A stretch of DNA of 62,847 nucleotides, counting the filler, from Sphacelaria rigidula (taxonomy: Eukaryota): the NCBI GenBank assembly GCA_964200075.2. It is 7 parts of 7 records of this genome, joined end to end, with 100 filler letters (N's around TTAATTAATTAA, not from the genome) between each part and the next. Parts side by side here need not be neighbours in the genome. Positions count along the whole stretch, not along the records: positions 17,987 to 26,879 come from CAXNAA020009820.1; positions 26,980 to 35,872 come from CAXNAA020009821.1; positions 35,973 to 44,864 come from CAXNAA020009822.1; 4 more parts are not named here. The stretch is one strand, 5' to 3'. A model generated the notes under the pieces. It made no database searches. It saw only the letters and a program-made list of their open reading frames with translations, and was not told the origin of the DNA. Position 1 is the first letter of the stretch. Every line of letters begins with the position of its first letter. Below, piece by piece: positions 25,096-39,200 of the stretch. Both the position numbers and the translations under genes were made by a program.

Positions 25096-26879
25096 ATCGT
25101 TCCTACTCCTAATAAGTGACACCTCCAACATTTGGGCGCTTATTACGCTTCTTCCTCACATTTCACAAAAACTCGTTCACACATCGTATCTCCGTCCTGT
25201 TTCGCCGTCTGTGGTCACCATGTACTCCTAGTATAGCGATCGTTTTCTCGCTACTATCTAAGGCATCAAACGATTTCATGCCACCTCTATTTACTTTTCA
25301 TATTTCCCTCTCCAACACGTCTTGTTCCTCCTTGTATAGTTTACATTATGCCACTCTATGAGTTCTACTCTCTATTGTTTTGCCATAGGGGTAATTATGT
25401 GCATCTACTTCCTCCTTCACTCGACTACTGGTATACCTCTTCATTCTTTTGGCAAGTCTACGTCTCCCACCTCTCAGGAGGGGAAAGGTACGAGGCCACC
25501 ACCCCCACCCCCGAACGCCATACCAACTCCAATATAAATCAATCGGATATTAAATCCTATACAACAGGGGGCGGTGTCGGAAGGGGGGTACTTCCCCTGA
25601 TGAGGGAGGGTGGCATACGACCCATCTATCCGTAGACTTTGAAAAAAAATGCGTAAAACTCATGAAAATAAAATAAGGCCGCGCTCCTTATGGCAAACAA
25701 AAAAGCCCTGTAACATTTCCTTTTGATCAGTTTTTGTCGTTTTACGCCCTTGAAGAGAGCTAGGCAGAGTTTGATAGCTTGGAACAACTTGCTCTACTCG
25801 TCGCGATGGTTCCAGGACATCTTCGTGTTTTCTGGTGGCCGCAGTCTTCATTTTGACCAAACTTTCATTCTTGTCGAAGAACGGTCAAGAGTGGTCAAAT
25901 CTAGAAAAACCTACCATTTTTCTCTGCACTTGGCCGTGGGAACAAAAATGCAAGTTTCGCAAGAATAAAAACTATGGCTACTGGAAAACGCGAAGATGTC
26001 CTGGAACTGTCTCACGAGAAGAGCAAATCATTTCAAGGTGACAAACTTCGCCGAGCTCTCTTCAAGGGCGTACAACGAAGGAGGGCTGAAAAAGATTTTG
26101 AAGAACCTTTTGTTTGTTTTCCATAAGGAGTGGCCCAAATAAATCAGTGAATAAAATAAAATAATACAAAATACAAGGTTCCCCTCCGGGAGGTTGGTAC
26201 TGGCCTCCCGGGGGTGACGCAAGTCGAAAATATAAAAATAAATGACTGGTATTCCTTTTCCATATTAAGGAGTCATTTGTGTGGGAGAATATGTACCTTC
26301 GAGGAGATACGGTCATATTCTGCAGTTTCGATTGTCTGAGACCAAGAGTGGAGATCATCGGTTGAAGAGGGGTGGGCACTTCCAGCATCAAGAGCTCGCT
26401 TCACGGGCGGTGTGCAGAGGTGGTAAAGCACGATCACGCACGAGACCCGTCACAGCACACATCGTAAGTGATTGATACTGAAAAAAAGTCGCGTCCCGGC
26501 AGTACACGGGTAGCTTGTGCAGGGTTATCTACATGCCAGCCCCACCCCGCGCGCACGGATTTCAAATCACACTTGGTAGACCTCAAGAAATGTACGTGAA
26601 CAATGATTGGTACTCGATTTACTTGATTTCAGCTTCTTTGAAGTACCTGCGTAGGGATGCATCCCTGCCACATGGACATTTACCAGTAGATCCTAGAAAA
26701 TGGTGTTCATACAAAATATGGGGTTGAAGTGGTATTTCTCTTTTGCAGGGAAGACGCGAAATACTTGCGTCCGAGCAAAGCAATCTTCTCCTCAAATGTC
26801 CGCAGCAGTTGAGCAGCTGTGGCTAGGTGCACCTAACGAATGCCGTGTACACGCGTGTCGATGACGATATCACCAGAGA

Positions 26880-26979
26880 NNNNNNNNNNNNNNNNNNNNN
26901 NNNNNNNNNNNNNNNNNNNNNNNTTAATTAATTAANNNNNNNNNNNNNNNNNNNNNNNNNNNNNNNNNNNNNNNNNNNN
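26880..26979. other. Artificial contig linker
   Basis: N44-TTAATTAATTAA-N44. Confidence 0.98.
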
Positions 26980-28381
26980 TGATGCGCCCACATATCCCGT
27001 AAGGGGTAGACAGACACCCAGAATAAATGGGACGACAACACAACACACGACACACTCATGGCGTGTCTTAGCACACTTTGCACAAAAACACAAATGAACA
27101 AAAATCACCACCGTTAACCACCGCCCATCCTTGATTGAGTTGATCGCAAACTTGACGACAATATCAAGCCGGTGACAAGGTCTGTACATCACGAGAATAG
27201 CGTTTGCCAGCACAGCAGTATTCAGAACGTGGTTACATGAGAGCAGTTTGTACTAAAGTCAAGTCGAGTGACATTTGGGGGTTAATCTTTTCCCGACACG
27301 TTTTCGGACTTGGAACCAAGGTGTGCGTAGACGACAAGGTTTATATAAACTCGCCAAACGTTTGCAACAGAACGCTAAATAAAATACCCCGGCGTTGTGA
27401 ATGCCGCCTTGGAGACATAAGAGGCCATGTAATCCAAGAGTGGGAGTTTCACATAAGAGGGGACCTGAGGAAATGTTCGTACACAATGTTTGATGGGAAA
27501 CATAACGGAATGTTACAAACCAACACCAACCCTGACCTCAAGCCCAATTCAGGGCGCACGAGGCCCTCAGGCAAGGATGGTGCATAGATTCTCCCAGGCA
27601 AAGTGTGCGTTGGCAGACCTCATATCGTCGCCGCAGGCGCCGATTTCGACAGAGACACGTTGTGGACGAGCTGGGTCCTCACCTCCCAAACTAAAAATCT
27701 TCCTAGAACTTTTTCGAGCCCAAAATCAAGTAGTCATGCTTGTCAGCCATTGTGTACGAGCATTTCTTCAGGTCTACTTTCAAGTATCACCATACGACTG
27801 GTTCCCGCCTGGGGAGGGAGGAGGGTGATGAACGCCAAAGCAGGAGTAAACTCTGCCCTTCCCCATCTCGTGCCACCTGATTTTTTTTCAAAGCGTCGAT
27901 ACTCATTTCCTCCTTGTATACGTCACCTACTTCAATCATTTCCACAGCCGGCCACACGCACTGCATGCTGTTTCTTGACCCGGAAGAGATGTGGTTCAAG
28001 TATGCAGTGTCCAGGCCGAGACTTTTCCCGGCAATATTTGTCGTCATCTTTAATAAAAAAAATCAGAGGTTTTCAACCCTCAGACCGCGGTGCGGGTATT
28101 CCACGTAAATCACGCATATTTTCTTCGAGTGAATCTTGACGGCGATTCAGCAGGGGACCTACCATCGCGGCCAAAGGAGTGAACCGTGATGAGATATCGC
28201 CCAAAATAAGTGCGTTCATGAGCGTTTTCAAAAAATGAATCTCGACCCTCCTTCTCAGAAATGTAACCCTTCTAGAAATATATGAGGGGTAGCTAGGAGG
28301 GCACCCGAAAACCACGGTTCATACCTCCATTTTTTTTCACCTCCAACCTCTGTTCTAAAGTTATCTAAGACAGAAACCCAC

Positions 28382-31300
28382 CTCTCCAGACCCCCGGCAG
28401 GTAGGACACGTGGTCTGTGTTTGGAAGGCGCCAAGAGGGGTTCGCGTAGCCTGGATGACCACACCCTGGCCTCCGCACTGGCCACAGGTCTTCGCCGACG
28501 AGCCCGGCTTAACACCACTGCCGCTGCACGTGTTGCAGCCCTCCAAGTGCCGGATGCGTACCTTTTCTTCGCCACCGAAACAAGCGGTCTTGAAGTCAAG
28601 GTCCAGATCCACCCGAAGATCGTCCCCTATCATCGAAAGAGAGAGAGACAAGAGGGAAGAGAGAGGAGAGGAGGATGGCGATAGCAGTGATGAAAGTACG
28701 GGCCCGTGAGCGCCCCCCATTCAACCCTCAGATCGCAAGGGTACGTACGTCACCTGCTGAATCGGGATCAATCATCACTTGAAAAGAGTATGCGTCATCC
28801 AGATGGACTACCCGCCCCGCCGTCCAAGGGCTAAGTTATCTAGTCAGAACACTCTTGGGGCATGAATATGTTACAAAAGACGATAAGGGCGGAGTTGAGC
28901 ATCCGAATCCCAACACACATGACAATTTTCTTTCACGGGTATCTGATTTCTGTCGTTGAGCATGAAAGCGATGTTAGTAAGAAGGAAGCTGAGACGAGAA
29001 TCGCTGCGGTGAAGGAGTTTAAGAGTGTTAGTCAAGTCTTACCCTGTGACACCATGATGCGAGGCACGTATCGGGGGGAGGAGACGGGCAGATTGCATAA
29101 GACTACAGGCCTCGTACCAGGGAGAGGGACGAAGGAGGGAGGATATGACTAGGACGAAAGAAACGAGTATCGTCGGTTGTACGAGGAATATCACTCGGGC
29201 CGATCTGAAAATCCCATTTCGATTTTTTCCATTCAAAATACGTAACACTCACAGGACACTTTCTACTATAGCCCCCCCCCCCCACCCCCCCGAAAAAAAC
29301 AGTGGTCGGTTTGGGCGGGCGATATCAATGAGTAAATATATATGAAGAAAAGTCGAGGACAACGAGCAGCTGGGAATTCCAAGGCTTGGGTTTGTTGTCG
29401 CCAATATCGTCCATATGAGGCGCTTCATGCAGCCTGAAACCAAATATGGGACGCTGTTGTAAGACCATGTCGTGCGTGGATGTTTTTTCTTTTGGGGGGG
29501 GGGGTATCGTATACAAGGACTCAAATATGACATACTTGAGATGAAGGCGGGGGAGGGGGGTGAAGAGAGACAGCGGGGGGAAAACGGATGAGGCGTAAAA
29601 GATGGGCAGATACTATGATACGTGAGACGGTTAACCTCACCTCGCATGGGGCCGCGCCGTTGCTGCTGGCGGCCACCCCCGCCCATGCCACCTCCCCCAA
29701 AGAAGCTGTCGAAGATATCCGACAGGTCAACTTGCTGATTGGCGTCAATACAGATGCCGTGGCGGCAAAAGGAACACAGGGTCGAGAGCGCGCGGGAGGA
29801 GGGAGTTTCACGGATTTCAGTGAACGAGAGAAATGAATGTTCACCGCAAGCACAACGGGATTATTTTGGGGGTAGCGCCGTAAAAAACAAGTATTTTAAT
29901 GCTTTGCGACCGATACTGCGCGGCTCACACTCCAGGGACTTGACCATTCGATTGGGGCTACATTGCTGTACAGAATTCGAGCACCTCGACTCCTTTAGAA
30001 ATCATGTAGACGGCAAGCCACTGAACAGAAGGAGGCAAACCAGGACGATGAATGTTTTACCTCTTTACACTCTACACGCATTCGATTAATTTTTCACCCA
30101 TGCGAGCGGGTCTATTTAGAGCATTGTGTAAGTTCACATTCATCTCCACGGACAGCCTTTGCGATACAAAAGAAGATAGACGGTTTTCATCTCGATTAGG
30201 TCGACGACATCGACTTTTAGTAAGGGTGTCTCTACACATTAGACACGCGCCTTGAAAGCCTCCGATCGCCAAAAGCGAGGCCGTACCGGTGTCATCATTC
30301 GTTCATAACATCAGGACGGGGCATTTTTGGTATATACTGTAAGGGTGCGTCGTCCAAATTGAGAAAGTATGACAAAAACCAGCATCTCATCAACCTGGAT
30401 CGATGTTGCTCTACCTCATGTGAGAGGTGTCACGAGAGGGATGCATGAGATAATTTCGAGGCTTTTCACTCAAGGACCTCCTCGATGAAAAAATCGAACA
30501 CTGGACTCAAGATTACAATGTCGAAAATTGTACTGAGTACAGTATGAAATCTTGTGTCCCTTGCAATAGACGCAACAGTCGATACCGTAAACGCAGTACA
30601 CTTTTCGGCGATGTAACCTCTTGTCCAGCGTGTGGAAAAAAGAACATCTGCGCTCAAGTGTGATTTAAGACAAATCTTGGCCACACAAGTGCGCCCCACT
30701 CATGTCCTGGAATCATCCGACCATCAACAGGCGAAGACGTGCGTATTGACCGTAGAAAACTGCCCCCTCCCCTCCTTTGTCAGATAGACCTCGACGAGTG
30801 TACAACGTCACGACAAAATTCGCAGCCACCATTCTGTTGCCATACGACATTACGGCCGACATCCTGGCAACTCTCTGGATATTCTACAACGCTACACAGC
30901 GCCCACGTGGGATATAGTTGGACAGGAAGGCAGATTAATGTTAATTCGGACTTCGTGCTGGCGAAACTCTACGCCAAATACCCTGGCTAGCAGGGGTATG
31001 ATGATTGTGATCTTATCACAAGGACACCGTAAACTCTGCAGGCATGGGGTTCGCTATGACAAGCACCCATCAGTCCGCCCAGTTTGCACGGACGACCAAC
31101 GCAAAGTTTGAGCCGTACCACATGACGCCGGAGGTTCCATCGGAGATCCCCATGGAACGCTGTGCGTCGAATTTCCTCCATGACCCCGAAAGACTATCTT
31201 CACTTCCGACACACTATTTCCTCAACACATGTAGCCGTTTAGTTCGGAAAGTACTCGGCACTGGTTGCCATTGTGATTAGACCCACGGTCGCTACGAGGT

Positions 31301-34188
31301 AGGTATGAGATATCCGCTACAGACACAGAAACCTGAGCAACTCTTCGATTGCGACTGGTGATCTGTGTGCCCATCCATGTACAGGCTCATCATACCGCTT
31401 GGGCAATATCGGTGTCACCGGCAGTTTTCATATCGAGGTTTCAGAGACAGGTCCTGACATCTTGAAGAGTTTTTTTTTTCATTTTGATTATTTTATTTGC
31501 CGAGTGAGGTCAATTTGGTTGCATTTTTGAATATATATATCTGCCCTCATCTCCGTAAAAAAAAGAACAGTCATGACTTTCAAGAGTTCGCTTAAAATAT
31601 CGTTTGAAGATTGTCAGCCCCTCATCATCGTATCTTAGACGAAAAAAACGATCATTTGTGCATCGTAAGGGCTTCGTGATTTCCATACGGGATCATGGAA
31701 AACGTTCTCTCGGACATTCGTTGTCGGCATAGTTTCCAAACGACGACGAGTACGGTGTCGAGACATGTATCGTTGTTTTCGCATTGGTGGCAGCAACGAG
31801 CACGCCAAATCTGAGGCCATTCGCCCAGGCTCTGACTTATGTGATTCCTGTCATCAATCCGTCCTCAACTGACGCCATCAATTACTATGGGGTATGATGG
31901 CACAGAGCGAAATAATGCGAGTGCCCAAACGACCCATGACACAAGGCGGCGCGCTTCGATGCCATTTTAAGAGAGCAGGGCAGCTATTCTTCTTGCTACG
32001 TTTCGCTGCTGCTCGAGCTATTTTACGCGGGGACGTTACATCAGGTCAAGCCTGTTTGCCCATCGGTTGAGTGTCGTGACTTTGCCCCTTTTTCCCGATA
32101 ACCCTGCAGCGACCATCTCCACATGCCGAGAGAGCAAGATGTGTATATATCATACACGCTGCCAAACCTGCATTTCATCCCACACCCATCCCGACAACGG
32201 GTATTGGTTCGATGCGTGGGTTGGGTGAGAAATTGATTGAAAATACCACAAATATAGCGCTACATGTAGATCACGGACCGACAAAAGGTGGCAAAAATCA
32301 ATGGCCGGCACCGGTCAGAGGTTGGATTTACTTTTGTTACTCGATGGACGGGGCCGGCCAACAGCAAGAAACTTCGCGTGGTGGCTGGAAGCAGATCTTC
32401 GACTATGGACAAGGATACACTGACCAACCCCAGAGCCAACTCACCTCGAAGCCCGATCCACCCCCCATACCAGACACGCCTGCCTCTCCAAATTGATCGT
32501 AGCGGGATCGCTTATCGTCGTCACTGAGTACCTGGAAATGCGGCGAAAATAAAGCCGATTGGCGGTGTTGTTAGGACCAGCGTGACGCAAGGTACGGATT
32601 ATGACGCTCTCGATGACTGTACATCATCTCCAAATGTAAATCTTCTCGAAGACTGCGGTACCGTAACCTCGAGAGTTACATGATTGAAAAGCTGCCGCTG
32701 AGCTCCTTCAATGCACTGTTGTGAACATTCAGTTGGAAACACCGAGGCAAGGGTGGGTTGGGTTCTCGTCACCGACCGCTTCGTCTCGACCACGCTATGT
32801 TGCGGGAATGATAAAGTCTCGAAAGGGTGCACTGACTGCAGCTCTACCCTCTCGGCGTACGGTTTGGACAGGAGCCAGCGCATGATTGAACCAGTTCGCT
32901 GGCTTGCAAACGTTCGCACAGCAAGCAGTGACAATGCCAGGACAGAGTGTGTGTGCAATAATGACGGATTAATCCTTGGAACGTCCACATGATGCGAAAT
33001 TCTTCGTAGGGAGTGTAACGGCGGGCGGTCGATTCTTCCTCGTGTTGACACCATCTCGAACTGGGGGGGCGAGTTTTACTGCGTGTTGCTTCATGTGCCA
33101 ATGCCTCACATTTGTTGATTCGGTACAAGTGCAGTGTTGGTTAGTCAGGCGCAAACAAAACATGAATACAGGCAGAACAGTGTTACATGACTCCCCCTCC
33201 CCCCGAAGTCACAAAAATCCGATGAGACATGTTCACGTCTCTGGTATCTGAATCTCCGAGATCCTTGCGGAGCACACGGCATGAAATAGCATGGCGTAGA
33301 GAATCTTCCATCCTGCCATCCTCAATTGATTCATAGTAACGCAGACTGCAAAAATAGCCCCCATCTACAATTCCATGACAAATCCACATGTGCTGGAGCA
33401 ACGACGTTGGCATTGCCTTGCAGTATACAACCTGCGTCAGGCATGCTAGAAAGGAGTGCCTACAGTTGTTGTTGCGGGTACAGCACGACACACAACACAG
33501 TAAACTTCATTACCGTCAAACAGTTTGGAGACCGTACGCTGTTGAAATCAGTAATATCATCAAGCCCAAGACAACAGTAACAAACCCCACCGACTCCATA
33601 AAACGCATTCATACGAGCTGCAGAAACATCCCACCTCAACTCCAGCCCAATACACGAGCACATAGATACTGACACGTGGGAAGCACGCACCCCTACACCC
33701 CTCCTGTGGCCCGTACTCACCGAGTACGCAGTACTGATCTCATTAAACTTCTCCTGCGCATCGGGCGCATCGTTCACATCTGGATGATACTGTCGCGCCA
33801 GCTTCCTAAACGCGCTCTTCAGCTCCGATTTCGACGCACTTCTCCCAACTCCCAGCGTATCGTAGTAATCAGCGGCCATCCTGACCATGCGCGATGATCT
33901 ACTTCTCGCCCTAGTGGACACCCTTGTCCCCCACGAACCGCCAGGCGATATCACCACTCCTCCATGACGCGGGGTATTAGGCCTAAATGGTCGGTTGACA
34001 TTGTTCACAGCACTTCGGTCGACTGATTGGCTCGAACCCCCAGCGCCGGTGCCGGTGCCCCCTCCCCACGTAGAGACGAAGGCTGGTTGATGTCTGCGGG
34101 AGCTGTATGGGGATCCGGTGCGAGCGGCCGCAGTGTCGAGACCCTGGCAGCACAGCAGGCCTAGGAGCGTAGCCTGTGTCAACTGCAT
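28382..34188 (-). CDS. dnaJ: Type I DnaJ/Hsp40 chaperone with an N-terminal presequence (probably plastid); 3' partial
   Basis: Four phase-compatible GT-AG exons. 34188-33721: ~105-aa presequence plus J-domain DYYDTLGV...YHPDVN. 32531-32445: [18 protein letters not shown]. 29734-29641: G/F region [11 protein letters not shown]. 28626-28382: GDDLRVDL and three CxxCxGxG repeats. Confidence 0.95.
29263..29512. mobile_element. Probable MITE with C-rich TIRs in a DnaJ intron
   Basis: TACTATAGCCCCCCCCC...GAAAAAA at the left end and TTTTTTCTTTGGGGGGGGGGGGTATCGTA at the right end. Confidence 0.5.
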
Positions 34189-35378
34189 GATTTATCTCGT
34201 TTTCTGGAAAGATCGATGCGTGTCTACGTGGTAGGGTGCGCTGTCCTGAATGCTGGTCTGTTTGTGTGAGTGCCGCTGTCGTCGTTTCTCTCTCGTAGAA
34301 AAGCGCAGCTCACCCTCGAGCGGCGGAATAGTAACGATGGAGCCGTGTGACGCCCAGGTGATGAGCAAGTGGTGACGCTGAGAGCGTTGTCTGCTGACGG
34401 TACGGAGTTGGCGCTGGTCTGGTAGTTGTCTGCTGCTCTTGACAAGTGTCATGTGTCAAACTACGTCCTCATTTGGAAAATGACACACGAAAACAAATGA
34501 TGACGAAACAACGATGTCAAAATTTCCTTGATATCAGGGCCGTTCTTGACCCATTCGTCGTGCTTTTATAAGCATTGGCCGCCAGCAGAGTGGGCCCTGT
34601 CCTCAGTTGAGTCGGCTTTATTTCACCCCAAGAACGAGCTTAAGATCCAGGAAATCCACCCTGGCGGTATGAGCGTCAGTGAAGAAAAACAACCAGTCTC
34701 CTTTCCCATTTTCCTGCAAGTTTTTCCTCATCAGAAATTTGCGTCATTTTCTTTTGGAAATGTACATCCATCCTTGTTTTTTTGTTTCCCGTGGCAGGAT
34801 GTTTATCTCCAATGAAGGGTTTTCACGGGGAGTTGGGCATCCCCAGCAATCAGCACCGTTGCTCTGTTCATGCAGAGTTTTTGGCAACGACGTGATGTGG
34901 TGAAATGAAGGACATGGGCTCACTTTTGCTGCGGTTGACTTCGGGGTGTTACCGTTAGACGGCGAGCGCAGGCCATCTGCTGAATCGGTATATATGTGCA
35001 TCAAATCCACTTGAAAAACGTGAGTACGATCCAGATGGACTACTGTACCCTCGCGGTGTATGTAAGGGTGAATTAATTAGAACTGGCCGACAGAGTGGGC
35101 GGTCTGGGTATCAGTCATTCTTCAAGTAAAAATGATGACGACTCAACGGATGACCCATCCTGGTGGTCGAAGAGCTGACCCTTACACAGCGAGAGCAGGT
35201 CATTTGTTAAAGCGGCATCGATTTCACTTGAAAAAAGTATTTACAACATATACTGTTGTTTTCATCTCTGTACCTGGATATGCATGGATGAAGGAACTGG
35301 TGCTCCGCGATGGGTACAGTTTTCTTTTTTCATACGAGCTGGGCCAGCCGAGAAGCGATTCTGCAGTTTGCAGGCCCA

Positions 35379-35609
35379 TTACACGGCCAATATTTGGAGC
35401 TGGCCCCTGAAATTTGGTATGCACAATAACAAAAAATTGCTGGCGTACACAGGGTTTCTTTTTCTTCTCAGGAGTTAGGGGCATTACACCGATACCTGAA
35501 AACTGATCATTGAAGAAAAATCTTGAGTACGCCGATAACTTTTTTCATTATGCCCTTCTCGTTGTCCATACCAAATTTCAGGGTCCAACTCCAAGTATTG
35601 GCCGTATAA
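35379..35609. repeat. Inverted repeat (~50-bp arms), probably subterminal structure of a DNA transposon
   Basis: TTACACGGCCAATATTTGGAGCTGGCCCCTGAAATTTGGTATGCACAA versus TTGTCCATACCAAATTTCAGGGTCCAACTCCAAGTATTGGCCGTATAA. Confidence 0.8.
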
Positions 35610-35872
35610 TCGGCCGTTTAGTGACAGTCAGAAGAAATTCGGAACAGCATTTTGCAGGCCATTTACCGGCCCACGTTTGGTGTTTTGTGTATTTCGAAAC
35701 TGTGTGATGCGTGGCTAGCGCATAGTCAATCAAAATTTAAAAAAAGCAATGGCCTAAAAAATGTAAACCTTCTCGTTTTTTGCCTAGGAAAGGGACGAAA
35801 AATGGCCAGAAACGCGAAAACAGCCAAACACGCCATTTTGACAGATTTCGCTCCGGATGTTTCACGCAATTC

Positions 35873-35972
35873 NNNNNNNNNNNNNNNNNNNNNNNNNNNN
35901 NNNNNNNNNNNNNNNNTTAATTAATTAANNNNNNNNNNNNNNNNNNNNNNNNNNNNNNNNNNNNNNNNNNNN
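35873..35972. other. Artificial contig linker
   Basis: N44-TTAATTAATTAA-N44. Confidence 0.98.
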
Positions 35973-36262
35973 CACACACCTTGCACCCCGCCCCCCCCCC
36001 CCCCCCCCTTGTCTTCAGCGTGCTCTGCTCGTATTCTGCTTTTTTTAAATCATCCTGTCCCTGTCTCCAGTTCCTCGCGAGTTTTTTCGTGTATTTGCCT
36101 TGGGTACGATCATGTCGTGACCACGGCTGTATTTGTGGCAAATCACTCGATATGCGATGACCGATCAATGAACCAACTCCATCAACTTTTCTTTCGATTA
36201 TGCTCCTACTGGTAACCTCGTCCGAGGCTCAATGAGGTGGATGATTGTTCGATAGCGCTCAC

Positions 36263-39200
36263 CATGAGCTCGCACGCACCACCGGAGTAGCCCTCCGTGC
36301 AGTTACACCGAAGTGATGACATGCTGCAGTTACCCACACCTGCGGGTCGACGAGCAAATCGGAAACGGGTGACCGCGTCGGAAAGCAGTAACCACACTAG
36401 AGCGGCCCAAACATTGGCGGTGCTCATACCTCCTGGTCCAAATGTAGGGCCGAAGCAACCTCAGTCGTCGAAGATGTGCGACACTCATGATGACTGCGGC
36501 AGCGAACTTGTACATTCACCATCCTAGTGAATTGGTCACCATCCTGCACACAGACTGACGCAGCAGTAGATGCGGCAGAATTCACTGCGTCTTCGATCAG
36601 ATCCTTGCAGATGATCTTAATTTATTTCACCGATTTCCTAAGCTACGCAAGTAATCACCCTCATGAATGACAATCGAGGGTATTCATGACAGCGTTTTTA
36701 CTTCCTGGACGCTTCCACTGTGAACACGGACAAAACAAGAGTCAGCATTCCAGGTAATCTGTATGCGATAGACAGACACGCGTTCCTTGCTTTAAAGCTG
36801 CCGCCCGTGCCTCTCTGGGGAATCGGCCTCACCGCTGCACAGGGCGGACCCGGTATCCCATAGCGGCGTCGCGATACTGCAGTTCGTGGGAGGGTCATAC
36901 GCAGAAAAGTAACCGCAATCCCCGAGGTCCCCGGGACCTCCGTTTCCGTCGGAACTGCCGAATTTGTCGTAGCACAAGCAATGCCCCGTTTGGCGGTTAC
37001 AGAATCCTCTTCCGGAGCACTCTTCGGCGTCTTTGGTTCCGTCTTGACTCCGCAAGTGAGAATGCAGTTGACTCGCCTATTGGTGCGTAGAAAGTAGTCA
37101 TCATGAGTTCATGAAATCGTCAATTTTCAGGACATGAGCCTGATATGACTTCTGGCTATGTTTGACGCAAGAAACTCATCACTTGGCGAAAGCGCAGGAA
37201 ACTTGAGCCATGGGTGAGGTGAGTGTACCCAGGGGTATTCACCTACTTCCTCGATCAAGCAGGGGATTATGAAGATGGATATGAGAATAGAACATGGATC
37301 TCACAGTCAGCCTCTCCTGAGCGCTTATCAGCCAACGAGCGCCCCCTGTTTGTTACCTGTCCTTTGGCGACGAGGCCCAAGTATGGCGTGTTTGCGGAAG
37401 ATTCTAGCGTGTAGATGTCGACGGTCATGTTGGAGAGTGATCCATACTGCAGGGGGAATGTCACCCGGGTGGTTATGCTGCCGTCACAGATTGTCTCTCC
37501 GGGGTCAGTGATGTTGACGAAGATCTCGTCAATTGTCAAGAGTTCCTGTAAAAATCACGCGATCGGAAAATGACGGCGTGCTGATACACGGCAAATCATT
37601 GCCTAAGAGACTGAAACCTTCGAGAACAGTGTAACTCGGTGTTTGGGACGATTTCATGTATATACCAACTTAGCAGAGCAGTCTACGTGTGTCGAGATTT
37701 CAATCTCCTCCCGTTCCTCGGTACGAGTCCGCAACACCGAAAGATCACACACGCGGCCATTCGGCCACCCTCATGAAAATCTTATATCGCGATTTTCATC
37801 CTCTCGAGGGTAAAATACCCTCTAGAGGGTATTTCATCCCCAGGTGCGGTCACCAACGAATCCTCTGGAGGGCATCTGATGCTGCAGTGACTTCTGAGGT
37901 CTGAATCTAAAGGGGTGCGCGGCCCTCCAGGGGCTAAACAAGCCTCTGGAGGCGTTTTATCCCACCCCTCTGGAGGGCCGCGCGCCGTCTGGAAGTATTT
38001 AATTCTTCTGGAGGCTCGAAAAGTTGACCGGGACAGAGTATTTTGGAGGGTAGCCGAATGGCCGCGTGTGCAACTCAGACCTCCTCCGACACCTGCCTGA
38101 CACCTTCCCGTCGAGCATCGGACCAGCGGACTTACGTAGCCCATCGACGTTTAGTCGAATTACCCTTTGGCCAACTCTCGTTCTTACGCTTTCATTCGAC
38201 TAAACCCAGATTTCAAACTACCGCCGAGATTGGAACTCACAAAACCCGCCGAAACTGCTGTTGGTATAGCAATTTGACTACCGGGGAACGACGGCGAACC
38301 CATTTACTATTAATGAGCGGAAGTGTGCCGTCGGTTTTGCCAACTAGCTGCACCTTCCATGCACACATCATTTGATTCACAACATGCTCGACAGTGCCGC
38401 ACACATATCGAATAATCCGATGCTAATACAGAGCACTTGAAATAGCCTTGCAGTGAGTGAGTGCCACAGACGGTATCCCTACATTCCCTCGAACAAACCT
38501 CTAATCTGTACTTGACTAGCTCCGCAGAAGCATCGTAGGGTATGGGGCGCGTGGTGTGACCCCTATAACCGAGCCGCAATGATCCGGAGCACGCGGCCAG
38601 GCACTCGCAATCAATGAGCTGCTCCTCGAACGTACCCTCCGCCGAGGGATACGGATCAACACCTTTGGGGCATGCCCTTTGGTACCGGACAACCACGGTA
38701 CAAGTAGGTAAGTAGGTAGGCGCAGGATGAGGATCGTGCGACGGCGCGACTTGGCTAGACAGCACGAACGATGAAGAAGATTATTGTCATCCGAAGAGGA
38801 AGATTTTTTGCGTTTCTGCTACGTGCTTTGGTTTTTGAGTCAGAGGAGGTTGTCGATTTTCCTAGGTGGTTGAGAATGATGATTTGAACACGCCGCCGGT
38901 GGCTCAGTTCTCATTTACGTTGTTAGTTTATCTTCCAACAAGGGGGGGTGCGTGGGCTCCGCGTACAACATGAGGTACTGCTCGTCGGGTAAGTAAAGAC
39001 GCTTGCCAGGGAGTCGTAGTAAAACATGAGATATCCAAAACATGCCGCGGCGCTTTTCTTCCCACCCAACTCCACTGCATCCTTACACATGGACTGCGTG
39101 GATGATATTGATTCAGCTGAGAAGGGGGGTGAACAGAGAGCGTACACCTCAGTGAAAGCGCCAGGTCTCTCACTCAAGGAGCCGGTTCCGTACAGGTGCA

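Noticed and set aside
24655-36263. Flagellar gene cluster (PGP protein, DnaJ, mastigoneme-like gene)
   Set aside because: The genes lie on three different contigs that are artificially joined.
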